From positions 1 through 29,895 of the IMG/VR virus record IMGVR_UViG_3300030372_000660: a stretch of DNA of 29,895 nt; one strand, given 5' to 3'. The position numbers and the translations under genes were made by a program. The stretch comes from a virus (Duplodnaviria; Caudoviricetes). Below are positions 17,031-25,388 of this stretch, in pieces (the stretch's first letter is position 1; the number at the start of each line of letters is the position of its first letter). Below the pieces are notes generated by a model. That model was not told the origin of the DNA, ran no database searches, and was given only the letters and a program-made list of their open reading frames with translations.

Positions 17031-17991
17031 TCCTGCTTCAATAGCACTTGTAGGAGCTTCTACAAAGACTCTTAAAGAAGCTATATCTCAAAACAAGTAT
17101 TGGGGTGCGGCTTTAAGAGATTCGCTCTTAGAAAGCTTTACAGGAGATATTCCTTTATATCTTATTACTAAACATGATTCATATGATGATTTACCAGCAT
17201 CTCCTGATTTAGCAATAGTTGCAGTACCAAACATTATTGAAGAAGTAACTAAGATTGTAAATAAAGGTACAGATAAGATTATAGTTATCAATACTTTAGA
17301 TGCCTTTACAGAAAGAAAGTTATATAAAATTGTAAAAAACAAAGCAACAATTCTTGGTCCTAATTGTTTAGGTGTTCATTGTGATGCTTATTCTACTTTT
17401 CTTTTAGGAAGAAAAACTACTGGAGATATAGGTTTAGTTACACAAAGTGGAGGTGTTGGTGAAGCACTATTAGAAAATGTTCCAAACTTGAGAACAGTAA
17501 TAAGTGTAGGTAGCGCACAACATTATACAATAGAAGATGCAATACAATCATTGAGGGAAGAACCTAATATAAAAAGAATTGCATTGTATTCAGAAAGTTA
17601 TATACCAGAAGATGAAGATATAATTACTCTAATGCCTAAATATAATGAGGCAAGTGTTAAAGCTGTTTATGATCATACAGGTTTGACTCTAGAAAAAAAT
17701 AATGCAATCAATAACTTAAATGATTTTATAAAAGTTTTAAACGAAAAAGTTTTAGTATGTAGTAATTCAGGAGGTTGGCTTTGTTTATATGCTGGTCAAA
17801 ATCCTAATCAAAATATGACATTGATTGACACATCTGCTTGTGGCAATCCTTTGTCTAAAGCTATAGAAATGCAAGAAGGATACACTAGAGCTATTATATT
17901 TTTTAATAAATATGATGACTATCCAGAAGAACGATTAGATGCAAGCAAGCTTTCTATACCTTACGAAATAATAAAAAGTAGTGATTTATAA
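17017..17991 (+). CDS. CoA-binding protein, acyl-CoA synthetase (NDP-forming) alpha-subunit-like
   Basis: PxSIALVGAS, PDLAIVAVP, ILGPNCLG, GDIGLVTQSGG, HTG (phospho-His loop) and NSGG motifs; no ATP-grasp domain. Confidence 0.8.
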   Translation: MTFLNPASIALVGASTKTLKEAISQNKYWGAALRDSLLESFTGDIPLYLITKHDSYDDLPASPDLAIVAVPNIIEEVTKIVNKGTDKIIVINTLDAFTERKLYKIVKNKATILGPNCLGVHCDAYSTFLLGRKTTGDIGLVTQSGGVGEALLENVPNLRTVISVGSAQHYTIEDAIQSLREEPNIKRIALYSESYIPEDEDIITLMPKYNEASVKAVYDHTGLTLEKNNAINNLNDFIKVLNEKVLVCSNSGGWLCLYAGQNPNQNMTLIDTSACGNPLSKAIEMQEGYTRAIIFFNKYDDYPEERLDASKLSIPYEIIKSSDL

Positions 17992-18023
17992 ATTAAAAGT
18001 TTTAAAAAAAATAGGGGAAATAT

Positions 18024-18188
18024 ATGATTGAATTTATAGGTTGGGTAGCAATAGTAGTAATGGTAGCATCAATAATAGTAGCAGTTACACCTACACCAAA
18101 AGACAATGAGCTGGTAGGTAAAGCGTACAAATGCCTAGAAGTATTGGCACTTAACATATGGAAAGCAAAGGACAATGAGAAAAAATAG
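18024..18188 (+). CDS. Small membrane protein, 54 aa (absent from the ORF track), holin-like candidate
   Basis: RBS AGGGG; translates as MIEFIGWVAIVVMVASIIVAVTPTPKDNELVGKAYKCLEVLALNIWKAKDNEKK, with one TM helix and a TPTPKD motif. Confidence 0.7.
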   Translation: MIEFIGWVAIVVMVASIIVAVTPTPKDNELVGKAYKCLEVLALNIWKAKDNEKK

Positions 18189-18405
18189 ACATTCATGTAT
18201 GAGAGCTGGTAGAAAGACTAGGACTAAAAAGAAATCTAAGTCTAGAGTTAATGAAGCTGGTAACTACACGCAACCCGGAAAAAGAAAAAGAATATTTAAT
18301 AGAATTAAAGCAGGTTCTAAGGGTGGCAGACCCGGACAATGGAGTGCTAGAAAAGCACAGATGTTAGCAAAAGCATATAAAAAAGCAGGTGGAGGTTACA
18401 AGTAA
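18175..18405 (+). CDS. Small basic conserved phage protein (start may be 18199)
   Basis: VNEAGNYT.P, KGG.PGQWSARKAQ and GGGYK motifs. Confidence 0.7.
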   Translation: MRKNRHSCMRAGRKTRTKKKSKSRVNEAGNYTQPGKRKRIFNRIKAGSKGGRPGQWSARKAQMLAKAYKKAGGGYK

Positions 18406-18647
18406 TGCAAATGAAAAAGAGAATGACTTATAAAAAAGGTAAGAAAACAACAAAGAAAGCAACAAAGAAAAAAGTTATGATCAAAGGTGCAGATGTATCT
18501 GCTTTAACAGCTAGACAGCAAGCAACCATGAAAAAACACTCTGTCCATCACACAGGCAAGCACATGAAAATGATGACTGCTATGATGAAAAGAGGTAAAA
18601 CATTTACTCAAGCTCATAAAGATACTCAGAAAAAAGTAGGAAGTTAA
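18405..18647 (+). CDS. Small basic Lys/Met/His-rich protein
   Basis: TAATG-coupled; KKHSVHHTGKHM..M..GKTFTQAH motif. Confidence 0.65.
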   Translation: MQMKKRMTYKKGKKTTKKATKKKVMIKGADVSALTARQQATMKKHSVHHTGKHMKMMTAMMKRGKTFTQAHKDTQKKVGS

Positions 18648-18889
18648 TGCCTTTAAAAAAATCACAGAGGTCGCTAAAAGCTTGGACTAAACAGAAATGG
18701 ACCACACCAAGCGGAAAAAAATCTTCAGAAACTGGTGAAGTATATGCTCCTAAAGCACAAATCAACAGATTAAAATCTACTTCTAAAGGAAGAAGTAAAT
18801 TAGCTAGAGCTAATAGAAAAAAAAGAGAAGCAACAAGAAAAGGTAAACAACACGCAAAACATGGATTACATAAAGGGAAAAAAAGATAA
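18647..18889 (+). CDS. Small basic conserved phage protein
   Basis: TAATG-coupled; LKKSQRSLKAWTKQKW..SGK.S..TGE.Y.P motif. Confidence 0.7.
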   Translation: MPLKKSQRSLKAWTKQKWTTPSGKKSSETGEVYAPKAQINRLKSTSKGRSKLARANRKKREATRKGKQHAKHGLHKGKKR

Positions 18890-19311
18890 TGTATGAATAC
18901 AGTTGTAAAGTAGATAGAGTTGTAGATGGTGATACAGTTGATGTCATACTAGATTTAGGTTTTGATATTTTGTATAGAACTAGAGTTCGTTTATATGGCA
19001 TTGACACTCCAGAGTCTAGAACTAGAGATTTGGATGAAAAAGCAAGAGGTAAGCTCGCAAAAAAATATTTACAAGATGCTATAGATGCTGGCGATCAAGT
19101 AGTTATACAAACAAAACTTAAAGACTCGAAAGGTAAGTTTGGAAGAGTATTAGGCGATGTTGTTGTAGATGGAAAGAATATTAACCAGTCTATGATTCTT
19201 GATAACATGGCTGTTGCTTATCATGGTCAAAGCAAAGAAGATATAGAACTAGGGCATTTAGCTAACAGAGAACTTCTCATAGAGGCTGGTTTACATACAC
19301 CAGTAGAATAG
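18889..19311 (+). CDS. Thermonuclease (staphylococcal nuclease family)
   Basis: RVVDGDT, RVRLYGIDTPE and GKFGRVL motifs; no signal peptide. Confidence 0.9.
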   Translation: MYEYSCKVDRVVDGDTVDVILDLGFDILYRTRVRLYGIDTPESRTRDLDEKARGKLAKKYLQDAIDAGDQVVIQTKLKDSKGKFGRVLGDVVVDGKNINQSMILDNMAVAYHGQSKEDIELGHLANRELLIEAGLHTPVE

Positions 19312-19661
19312 TGAATGAAGCAATAGAGTTTATCAATCAAGTAGGATTTCCCATAGCAAGTGCATTGGGTTTAGGTATATTTATATGGAAACTAATAAAT
19401 AGAATTATTGATGGCATGGAACAAAAGATTGATGTAGTTGACGAAAAAGTAGATGCCAGTCTAAATGCTATGGAAGAAAGACTAAGCACCAAACTAGATG
19501 CTCAACATGGGATTATAGTGGCTCTCATAGATCGTGTTAGAGCTTTAGATAATCAAACTATCAGACAAGATGTGTTATTGAAAACATTACTTGGCGCACC
19601 AAACTTAATAGAAATTGATAAAATAGCAAAGGCAGATAGAGATGACCAACGCAAAGATTAG
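19311..19661 (+). CDS. Single-TM coiled-coil membrane protein (holin-like candidate)
   Basis: GTG start; INQVGFPIA...FIWK TM segment followed by a coiled coil. Confidence 0.55.
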   Translation: MNEAIEFINQVGFPIASALGLGIFIWKLINRIIDGMEQKIDVVDEKVDASLNAMEERLSTKLDAQHGIIVALIDRVRALDNQTIRQDVLLKTLLGAPNLIEIDKIAKADRDDQRKD

Positions 19662-20082
19662 TTTATTGATTTTATTTGCAAGCAATTTACTAGCAGACGA
19701 AATATCATTTAAATTTAAAAGTCCTAGCTTTTCTGGTTTTAATACTTCTTCACATTACTTAACTATCGAGAATCAAGAAAATACTAGAAAGCAATCTATT
19801 GAAGATGAAATAGAAGCATACAAAGATGAGTTAGCTAGAGATGCTGAAAATACTACACTTGCTAGATTTATCCGTAACTTAGAAAGCAGAATTTATGCAC
19901 AGCTATCAAGACAAATGGTAGAACAACTATTTGGTGAAGAAAAATCTACAGAAGGTAAACTGACCTTAGAAGGTAATACTATTGAGTACAAGGTGGAGAA
20001 TGAACTTATCACTCTTACAATCATTGATGAACTTGGTGGACAGACGATTATTTCTGTTCCTATCGGTGAGTTTACTTTCTAG
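19642..20082 (+). CDS. csgF: Curli assembly component CsgF-like
   Basis: Sec signal peptide, then FKFKSPSFSG (CsgF F.F.NP.FGG), F..NLESRIYAQLS and LFGE; adjacent to csgG. Confidence 0.8.
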   Translation: MTNAKISLLILFASNLLADEISFKFKSPSFSGFNTSSHYLTIENQENTRKQSIEDEIEAYKDELARDAENTTLARFIRNLESRIYAQLSRQMVEQLFGEEKSTEGKLTLEGNTIEYKVENELITLTIIDELGGQTIISVPIGEFTF

Positions 20083-20842
20083 TTGTGCTTCACATAATTT
20101 ATTAGAAGGTAATGGTATACCTTATGTAGTAATCAAAAGTTCTTCAATAATGGATTTACAAAATGAAGAACTCTTAAATCTAAAACCAGCAAAGAGAAAA
20201 CCAGTAATAGCTATATATCCTAATAGCTTTAGAGATCACACAGGACAAAGAAAATCTAATGGTTCGTTTGCATTATTTAGTACAGCTATAACACAAGCTC
20301 CAGAGGCTTACTTAATAAGAGCCTTGAAACACGCATCTAATGGTCAATTCTTTTCTGTAGCAGAAAGAGTTGGATTAGCAGATTTAACAAAAGAAAGACA
20401 ACTTATTAGAAGTACAAGAGAATCTTTTGAAGAAGATTCAAGAGTAAAACCACTATTGCTTGCAGGACTCTTGATGCAAGGTGGCGTATTAAGTATAGAC
20501 ACTAATGTAAGAAGTGGCGGTGCAGGAGCAAGATATTTAGGCATTGGAAGCTCAAAAGAATATAGAGAAGATTTAATAACCATATCTTTAAGATTAGTGT
20601 CTGTATCTACAGGTGAAGTTCTTATTGAAGTCTTGACAACTAAAAGTATATTATCTGTTGGTTTGTCACAGGATATATTTAGATTTCTAGATGAATCTAC
20701 AAGGTTGATTGAAGTAGAAGGGGGAGTTTCGGCAAATGAAAGTACATCTATTGCTTTACAAAAAGCTATAGAAGATAGCGTACTTGAAATTATTAAAATC
20801 GGAATAGATAAAAAATATTGGGTATATAAAAATGAACTTTAA
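20027..20842 (+). CDS. csgG: Curli secretion channel CsgG-like lipoprotein
   Basis: ATG 20027 gives a 19-aa signal with lipobox LSS-C. Motifs FRDxTGQRK, FSTAITQ, ERxGLxDLTKERQLIR and LRLVSVSTGEVL. Confidence 0.9.
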   Translation: MNLVDRRLFLFLSVSLLSSCASHNLLEGNGIPYVVIKSSSIMDLQNEELLNLKPAKRKPVIAIYPNSFRDHTGQRKSNGSFALFSTAITQAPEAYLIRALKHASNGQFFSVAERVGLADLTKERQLIRSTRESFEEDSRVKPLLLAGLLMQGGVLSIDTNVRSGGAGARYLGIGSSKEYREDLITISLRLVSVSTGEVLIEVLTTKSILSVGLSQDIFRFLDESTRLIEVEGGVSANESTSIALQKAIEDSVLEIIKIGIDKKYWVYKNEL

Positions 20843-21557
20843 TAAAATTACAGCACTTGTTATTTTGACTTTACTTGTTTATGCAATAGGTACTAATGCT
20901 GATGACAACGAAATCTATGTAGATCAAATTGGTGCAACAGCCAACATAGACTTAGAGCAACTAGGTTCTGGAAACATTATAGGTGGATTACAGTCAGCAC
21001 ATGGAAGTATGACTCCATTTGATCTCGATGGCGCAACTATGACATTAGATGTGAACCAAATAGGTAATAATAACAAGATGTTAGGCGATATTAATGCAGA
21101 TACATTTACAGGATTGTTTGATTTTGATGGTGATACAAATACTTATACAATACAAATCGATCCAACAAATACAAACTCAGCAGACAATAGTAATGTAAAT
21201 GTAAATGTGGATGGTAGTACGAATACGATGACATTAGACTTGGCTACTAATGCTTTAGCTAGCGGTGCTGATGTCGATACGATAGTTCAAGGAGATTCAA
21301 ATACTGTTCATGTTGATTTAGATATAGATTCAGCAACTAATTATATTGATCTGGATGGTGATTCTAATACAGTAGACTACAATGGTGACGGATACGCATC
21401 CGGCTACTTCAAGCTAGAACATGATGGTAATACGAGGAGTTTTGATATTGATCAACAATCTACGCAAGACAATGACTGGTTACGCATTATTTCTTCAGGT
21501 AATGCTGGGTCTGTGTGCGTACAGCAAGATGACTCCGGTACTAGCACAAGTTGTTGA
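20832..21557 (+). CDS. Curlin-like (CsgA/CsgB-type) secreted beta-solenoid protein
   Basis: Signal peptide; repeats such as NEIYVDQIG, IDLEQLGSGN, LDVNQIGNNN, VQGDSN and LDGDSN; acidic; C-terminal Cys pair. Confidence 0.65.
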   Translation: MNFNKITALVILTLLVYAIGTNADDNEIYVDQIGATANIDLEQLGSGNIIGGLQSAHGSMTPFDLDGATMTLDVNQIGNNNKMLGDINADTFTGLFDFDGDTNTYTIQIDPTNTNSADNSNVNVNVDGSTNTMTLDLATNALASGADVDTIVQGDSNTVHVDLDIDSATNYIDLDGDSNTVDYNGDGYASGYFKLEHDGNTRSFDIDQQSTQDNDWLRIISSGNAGSVCVQQDDSGTSTSC

Positions 21558-22581
21558 TATAGGAAACATTACAGAACTAAATGGAATTACTAGAGTTGTA
21601 AGAGATAAACCATACGAAAGTGTTATAGACTTTTCTTTGAACTCTATGGATCGCCTAGAAACAGCACAAGGTAGAATGGGTGTAACTTTTCAGGATGATA
21701 CTACTATAAGGCTTACTGAACATAGTAATGTGATAATTGACGAGTTTGTTTACGATCCTAATCAAACTCAAAACTCAGCAATGGCTTTAAATTTTATCAA
21801 GGGAACTGGTCGGTTCATATCCAGTAAGACTAAAAAGCGTGTACCTAAAGATAAGATTAAGATACGAACAAATAGTGCTACAGTAGGAATAAGGGGGACA
21901 GACTTCACAATAACTGTATCTGAAACAGGTGAAGCATTGATTATACTTTTACCTGATGAGTTTGGTGAAAGTTCAGGAGAGATAGTAGTAACAACAGCGT
22001 TGGGTCAAGTAGTTCTAAATAAACCATATCAAGCTACTACAGTATATAACCTAGAAAGTATGCCTACTGATCCTATTACTTTAGATATTGATTTGAATAT
22101 GATTGACAATATGTTGATTGTTAATCCACCAGATAGAGTTGAAGAAGAGTCAGAAGAAGGTTCATCAGCAGGAGATAATATACTTGATGTAGATTTTCTT
22201 GAGTTTGATGAACTAGAACAGGATGCTCTAGCAGAAGATGATTTAGAGTATACAGAGCTTGATATAGATTATTTAGCGGCAGATTTTCTTCAAGACTTGC
22301 TAGACATAATACAAGAAGTAGACGAACTGTCTAAAGCAGATAAAGCTCTAGAGGGTGAAGGTATTAGGGGAACTGCTATTGGTTATGATTCTAATACGCA
22401 AATATCTAGTTTTGTTACAGATTCAGATGTGAAGCTAATTAGACAGGTAGAAGATAAGTTAGAAGTAAAAGTATCTAGAGAGGGTTCTTATAGCATAAGG
22501 ATTGATCAAGAGGGGAAGGTCAATAGTGTTACTGTCAATGGTGGAAGTAGTTCAATTATAAATATTAAGCAAGGTAGTTAA
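21472..22581 (+). CDS. FecR-domain protein, exported (start uncertain; track start 21421)
   Basis: FecR signature D.L.T..G...F.D.T...L.E.S, I.T..ATVGIRGTDF and GEI.V; acidic DFLEFDEL linker; hydrophobic leader from ATG 21472. Confidence 0.75.
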   Translation: MTGYALFLQVMLGLCAYSKMTPVLAQVVDIGNITELNGITRVVRDKPYESVIDFSLNSMDRLETAQGRMGVTFQDDTTIRLTEHSNVIIDEFVYDPNQTQNSAMALNFIKGTGRFISSKTKKRVPKDKIKIRTNSATVGIRGTDFTITVSETGEALIILLPDEFGESSGEIVVTTALGQVVLNKPYQATTVYNLESMPTDPITLDIDLNMIDNMLIVNPPDRVEEESEEGSSAGDNILDVDFLEFDELEQDALAEDDLEYTELDIDYLAADFLQDLLDIIQEVDELSKADKALEGEGIRGTAIGYDSNTQISSFVTDSDVKLIRQVEDKLEVKVSREGSYSIRIDQEGKVNSVTVNGGSSSIINIKQGS

Positions 22582-22590
22582 GGAGAGGAC

Positions 22591-23076
22591 ATGAAGTTTA
22601 AATTTGTTAAAAACATTATAGGTGCTGTAGCACCAACAATCGGTACAGCTCTTGGTGGTCCAATGGGTAACATGGCGGCTAACATGGTAGCAGAAGCATT
22701 AGGTTGTGAGCCAACACCAAAGAAGATAGAACAAGCAGTACAAGCGGCTACACCAGAACAATTAGCAGAACTTAAAAAGATTGATGCAGACTTTGAAGTT
22801 AAGATGAAAGAGTTAGAAGTTGATCTATATGCCCTTCAAACAAAAGACATACAAGATGCTAGAGGTAAGTTTTCTAAAGACTGGACATCTAGAATGATAG
22901 GTTTACTTGTTGTTGGTGGCTTTATGGGTTATATCTTTTTAATCACGCTCCAGCCTCCAGAGCAGAACAGCGAGGCATTGATCAACTTAGTCCTCGGCTA
23001 TCTTGGAGGTCTTGCAAGTGCTATCATATCATTTTACTTTGGTGCATCTAATTCTACTAAGGATAAAGACGAATGA
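22591..23076 (+). CDS. Holin-like membrane protein
   Basis: VAPTIGTALGGP N-terminus, D..DAR, two C-terminal TM helices ending FYFGAS; overlaps the endolysin start (ATGA). Confidence 0.7.
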   Translation: MKFKFVKNIIGAVAPTIGTALGGPMGNMAANMVAEALGCEPTPKKIEQAVQAATPEQLAELKKIDADFEVKMKELEVDLYALQTKDIQDARGKFSKDWTSRMIGLLVVGGFMGYIFLITLQPPEQNSEALINLVLGYLGGLASAIISFYFGASNSTKDKDE

Positions 23077-23516
23077 AGATATCTGATGAAGGTCTATCAC
23101 TTATAAAACATTTTGAGGGATGTGAGTTAAAAGCATATCGCTGTGCCGCGAATGTTTTAACGATTGGCTATGGATCAACTAAAGGTGTAACAGAAGATAT
23201 GGAAATCACTCAGGAAGAAGCAGAATCGCTGTTACAGGAAGAAATGCACGAATATGAGGGTTATATTAACGATATGGTCAAAGTGCCTTTAGAACAGCAT
23301 CAGTTTGACTCAATGGTATCATGGGTATTCAATTTGGGTAGCGGTAACTTATCTTCTTCTACTTTATTGAAAAAACTCAATAATTCAGAGTATGATGAAG
23401 TTCCTGAACAAATTAAAAGATGGAACAAAGCAGGTGGTAAAGTATTAGAAGGTTTGGTGAGGAGGAGAGAGGCGGAGGCTTTACTTTTTTCAGGTAAATC
23501 ATGGAATGAGGTTTAA
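23073..23516 (+). CDS. Endolysin, GH24 lysozyme
   Basis: LIKHFEGC...AY.C....TIGYG.T catalytic motif, FNLG.G, STLLKKLN and GLVRRR.AE. Confidence 0.95.
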   Translation: MKISDEGLSLIKHFEGCELKAYRCAANVLTIGYGSTKGVTEDMEITQEEAESLLQEEMHEYEGYINDMVKVPLEQHQFDSMVSWVFNLGSGNLSSSTLLKKLNNSEYDEVPEQIKRWNKAGGKVLEGLVRRREAEALLFSGKSWNEV

Positions 23517-23518
23517 GT

Positions 23519-25387
23519 ATGCCTTTAGTAAAATATGTTTTTAGACCCGGAATCAATAAAGAAGGTACAAACTACAGTAATGAGAATGGTTGGTTTGATG
23601 CTGACAAAGTTAGATTTAGGAAGGGAAAGCCAGAAAGAATAGGTGGATGGGAAAAAAATAGTCCTAATTCTTTTTTTGGAACATCTAGAAAATTACACAC
23701 ATACAGTAATGTAACAGGCTCTATATTTACTGTAGTAGGAACACATCAAAAACTTTATATAAAAGAAGGACTTACCTTCCATGATGTAACTCCTATAAGA
23801 AATGTAAATACTAATAGTATTACTTTTGCCGCCACTAATGGATCATCAACGATAGTAGCCACAGATAGTGGTCATGGTGCTAAAGCTGGTGACTTTGTAA
23901 CTTTTGCACAAGCTGTTAGTTTAGGTGGTCTTATAACTGCTGATGTATTAAATCAAGAATATCAAATAGTTAGTATACGAAGTAGTAATGAATTTACATT
24001 TACTGCTAAAGATACAAGTGGATCGACAGTCACAGCTAATAGTAGTGATACTGGTAATGGAGGTTCTGGTGTTGATGGAACTTATCAGATAAATTCTGGT
24101 TTAGACTTTTATGTAAAATCTACAGGTTGGGGTGTAGATGGTTGGGGTTCAGGAGCTTGGGGTTCTTCTACTCCTTTGTCAGCAGTAAATCAATTAAGAT
24201 TATGGTCTATAGATAATTTTGGTAATGATGCAGTTGCTTGCATTAGAGGTGGAGGCATATTTTATTGGGATGAATCTAGTGGCACATCAACAAGAGCAAC
24301 AAATATTTCATCAGTAGCAGGTGCTAGTAATACACCTACTGTTGCTTTGCAGGTATTAGTATCTAATGTAGATCGTCATGTCATAGCTTTTGGTTGCAAT
24401 CCAATAGGTAGTTCTACACTTGATCCTTTGTTAGTAAGATTCTCTGATACAGAAAGTGCGGCAGATTGGACTCCAACAGCAACAAACCAAGCTGGCGGTG
24501 TTCAGCTATCACAAGGATCGCAAATAGTAAGCGCAATACAAACAAGACAAGAAATAATAATTTTTACAGATGCTGGATTAATTTCTATGAGATTTGTTGG
24601 ATCACCTTTTGTTTATTCTTTTACAGAGGTAGCAGAAGGTTTTTCTTTGATTGGTCCAAACGCTAGTATAAATGCAGATAACAAAGTTTATTTTATGGAT
24701 CGTGGTGGATTTTATGTTTACTCAGGTGCAGTACAAAGATTGCCATGTACTGTTTTAGATCATGTTTTATCTGATTTAAATCTAGATCAAGCTCATAAAA
24801 TTCATGCAGGAATCAATGCTAATGCTAATGAAATAATATGGTTCTACCCTTCTGGTGATAGCACAGAATTAGATAAATATGTAATTTATAACTTTTTAGA
24901 AAAAGTATGGTCTATAGGAACAACTACAGATAATTTTGTAAGAACAGCATGGCAAGATGGAAACTTACTAGATTTTCCTATAGCACCTAGTAAGAATAGT
25001 GCTTCTGTAAATGAAAACTATATATATGATCACGAAAAAGGTCATGGTGATGATGGGTCAAACTTTACAGCTTTTATAGAGTCTAGTGATTTTGACTTAC
25101 AACCAGATGGAGAAAGGTATCTACATATACAAAAGTTTATACCTGATGTTGAATTTAGAAATCAAACAACTATCAACGATACTGTTTCGTTCATATTAAA
25201 AGGTAGAGATTATCCTTTACAAGATTTATCTACCTTGACAACAATGGACATTACTCCTAGCTCAACATTTGTTAACACAAGAGCTAGAAGTAGACAATGT
25301 GCATTAAGAGTATCAAATTCTTCAAGTAATTTTGGTTGGAGATTAGGTGATGTAAGAATGGAGATAAGACCAGACGGAAGGAGATAA
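23519..25387 (+). CDS. Tail tubular / DNA-stabilisation protein (P22 gp10 / tubular-B-like)
   Basis: 622 aa beta-rich protein; RFR.G.PE.IGGW, LVRFSD.E, W.P..TN.AG and C-terminal WRLG..R....PDGRR motifs. Confidence 0.65.
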   Translation: MPLVKYVFRPGINKEGTNYSNENGWFDADKVRFRKGKPERIGGWEKNSPNSFFGTSRKLHTYSNVTGSIFTVVGTHQKLYIKEGLTFHDVTPIRNVNTNSITFAATNGSSTIVATDSGHGAKAGDFVTFAQAVSLGGLITADVLNQEYQIVSIRSSNEFTFTAKDTSGSTVTANSSDTGNGGSGVDGTYQINSGLDFYVKSTGWGVDGWGSGAWGSSTPLSAVNQLRLWSIDNFGNDAVACIRGGGIFYWDESSGTSTRATNISSVAGASNTPTVALQVLVSNVDRHVIAFGCNPIGSSTLDPLLVRFSDTESAADWTPTATNQAGGVQLSQGSQIVSAIQTRQEIIIFTDAGLISMRFVGSPFVYSFTEVAEGFSLIGPNASINADNKVYFMDRGGFYVYSGAVQRLPCTVLDHVLSDLNLDQAHKIHAGINANANEIIWFYPSGDSTELDKYVIYNFLEKVWSIGTTTDNFVRTAWQDGNLLDFPIAPSKNSASVNENYIYDHEKGHGDDGSNFTAFIESSDFDLQPDGERYLHIQKFIPDVEFRNQTTINDTVSFILKGRDYPLQDLSTLTTMDITPSSTFVNTRARSRQCALRVSNSSSNFGWRLGDVRMEIRPDGRR

Positions 25388-25388
25388 T

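Noticed and set aside
11760-17991. RiPP biosynthetic cluster
   Set aside because: No recognisable RiPP maturase (YcaO, LanB/C/M, radical SAM), peptidase or transporter, and the putative substrates look structural.
19642-22581. Bacterial contamination or chimeric assembly of the curli genes
   Set aside because: The genes overlap or abut phage genes on both sides and share the strand, composition and motif avoidance of the rest of the window.
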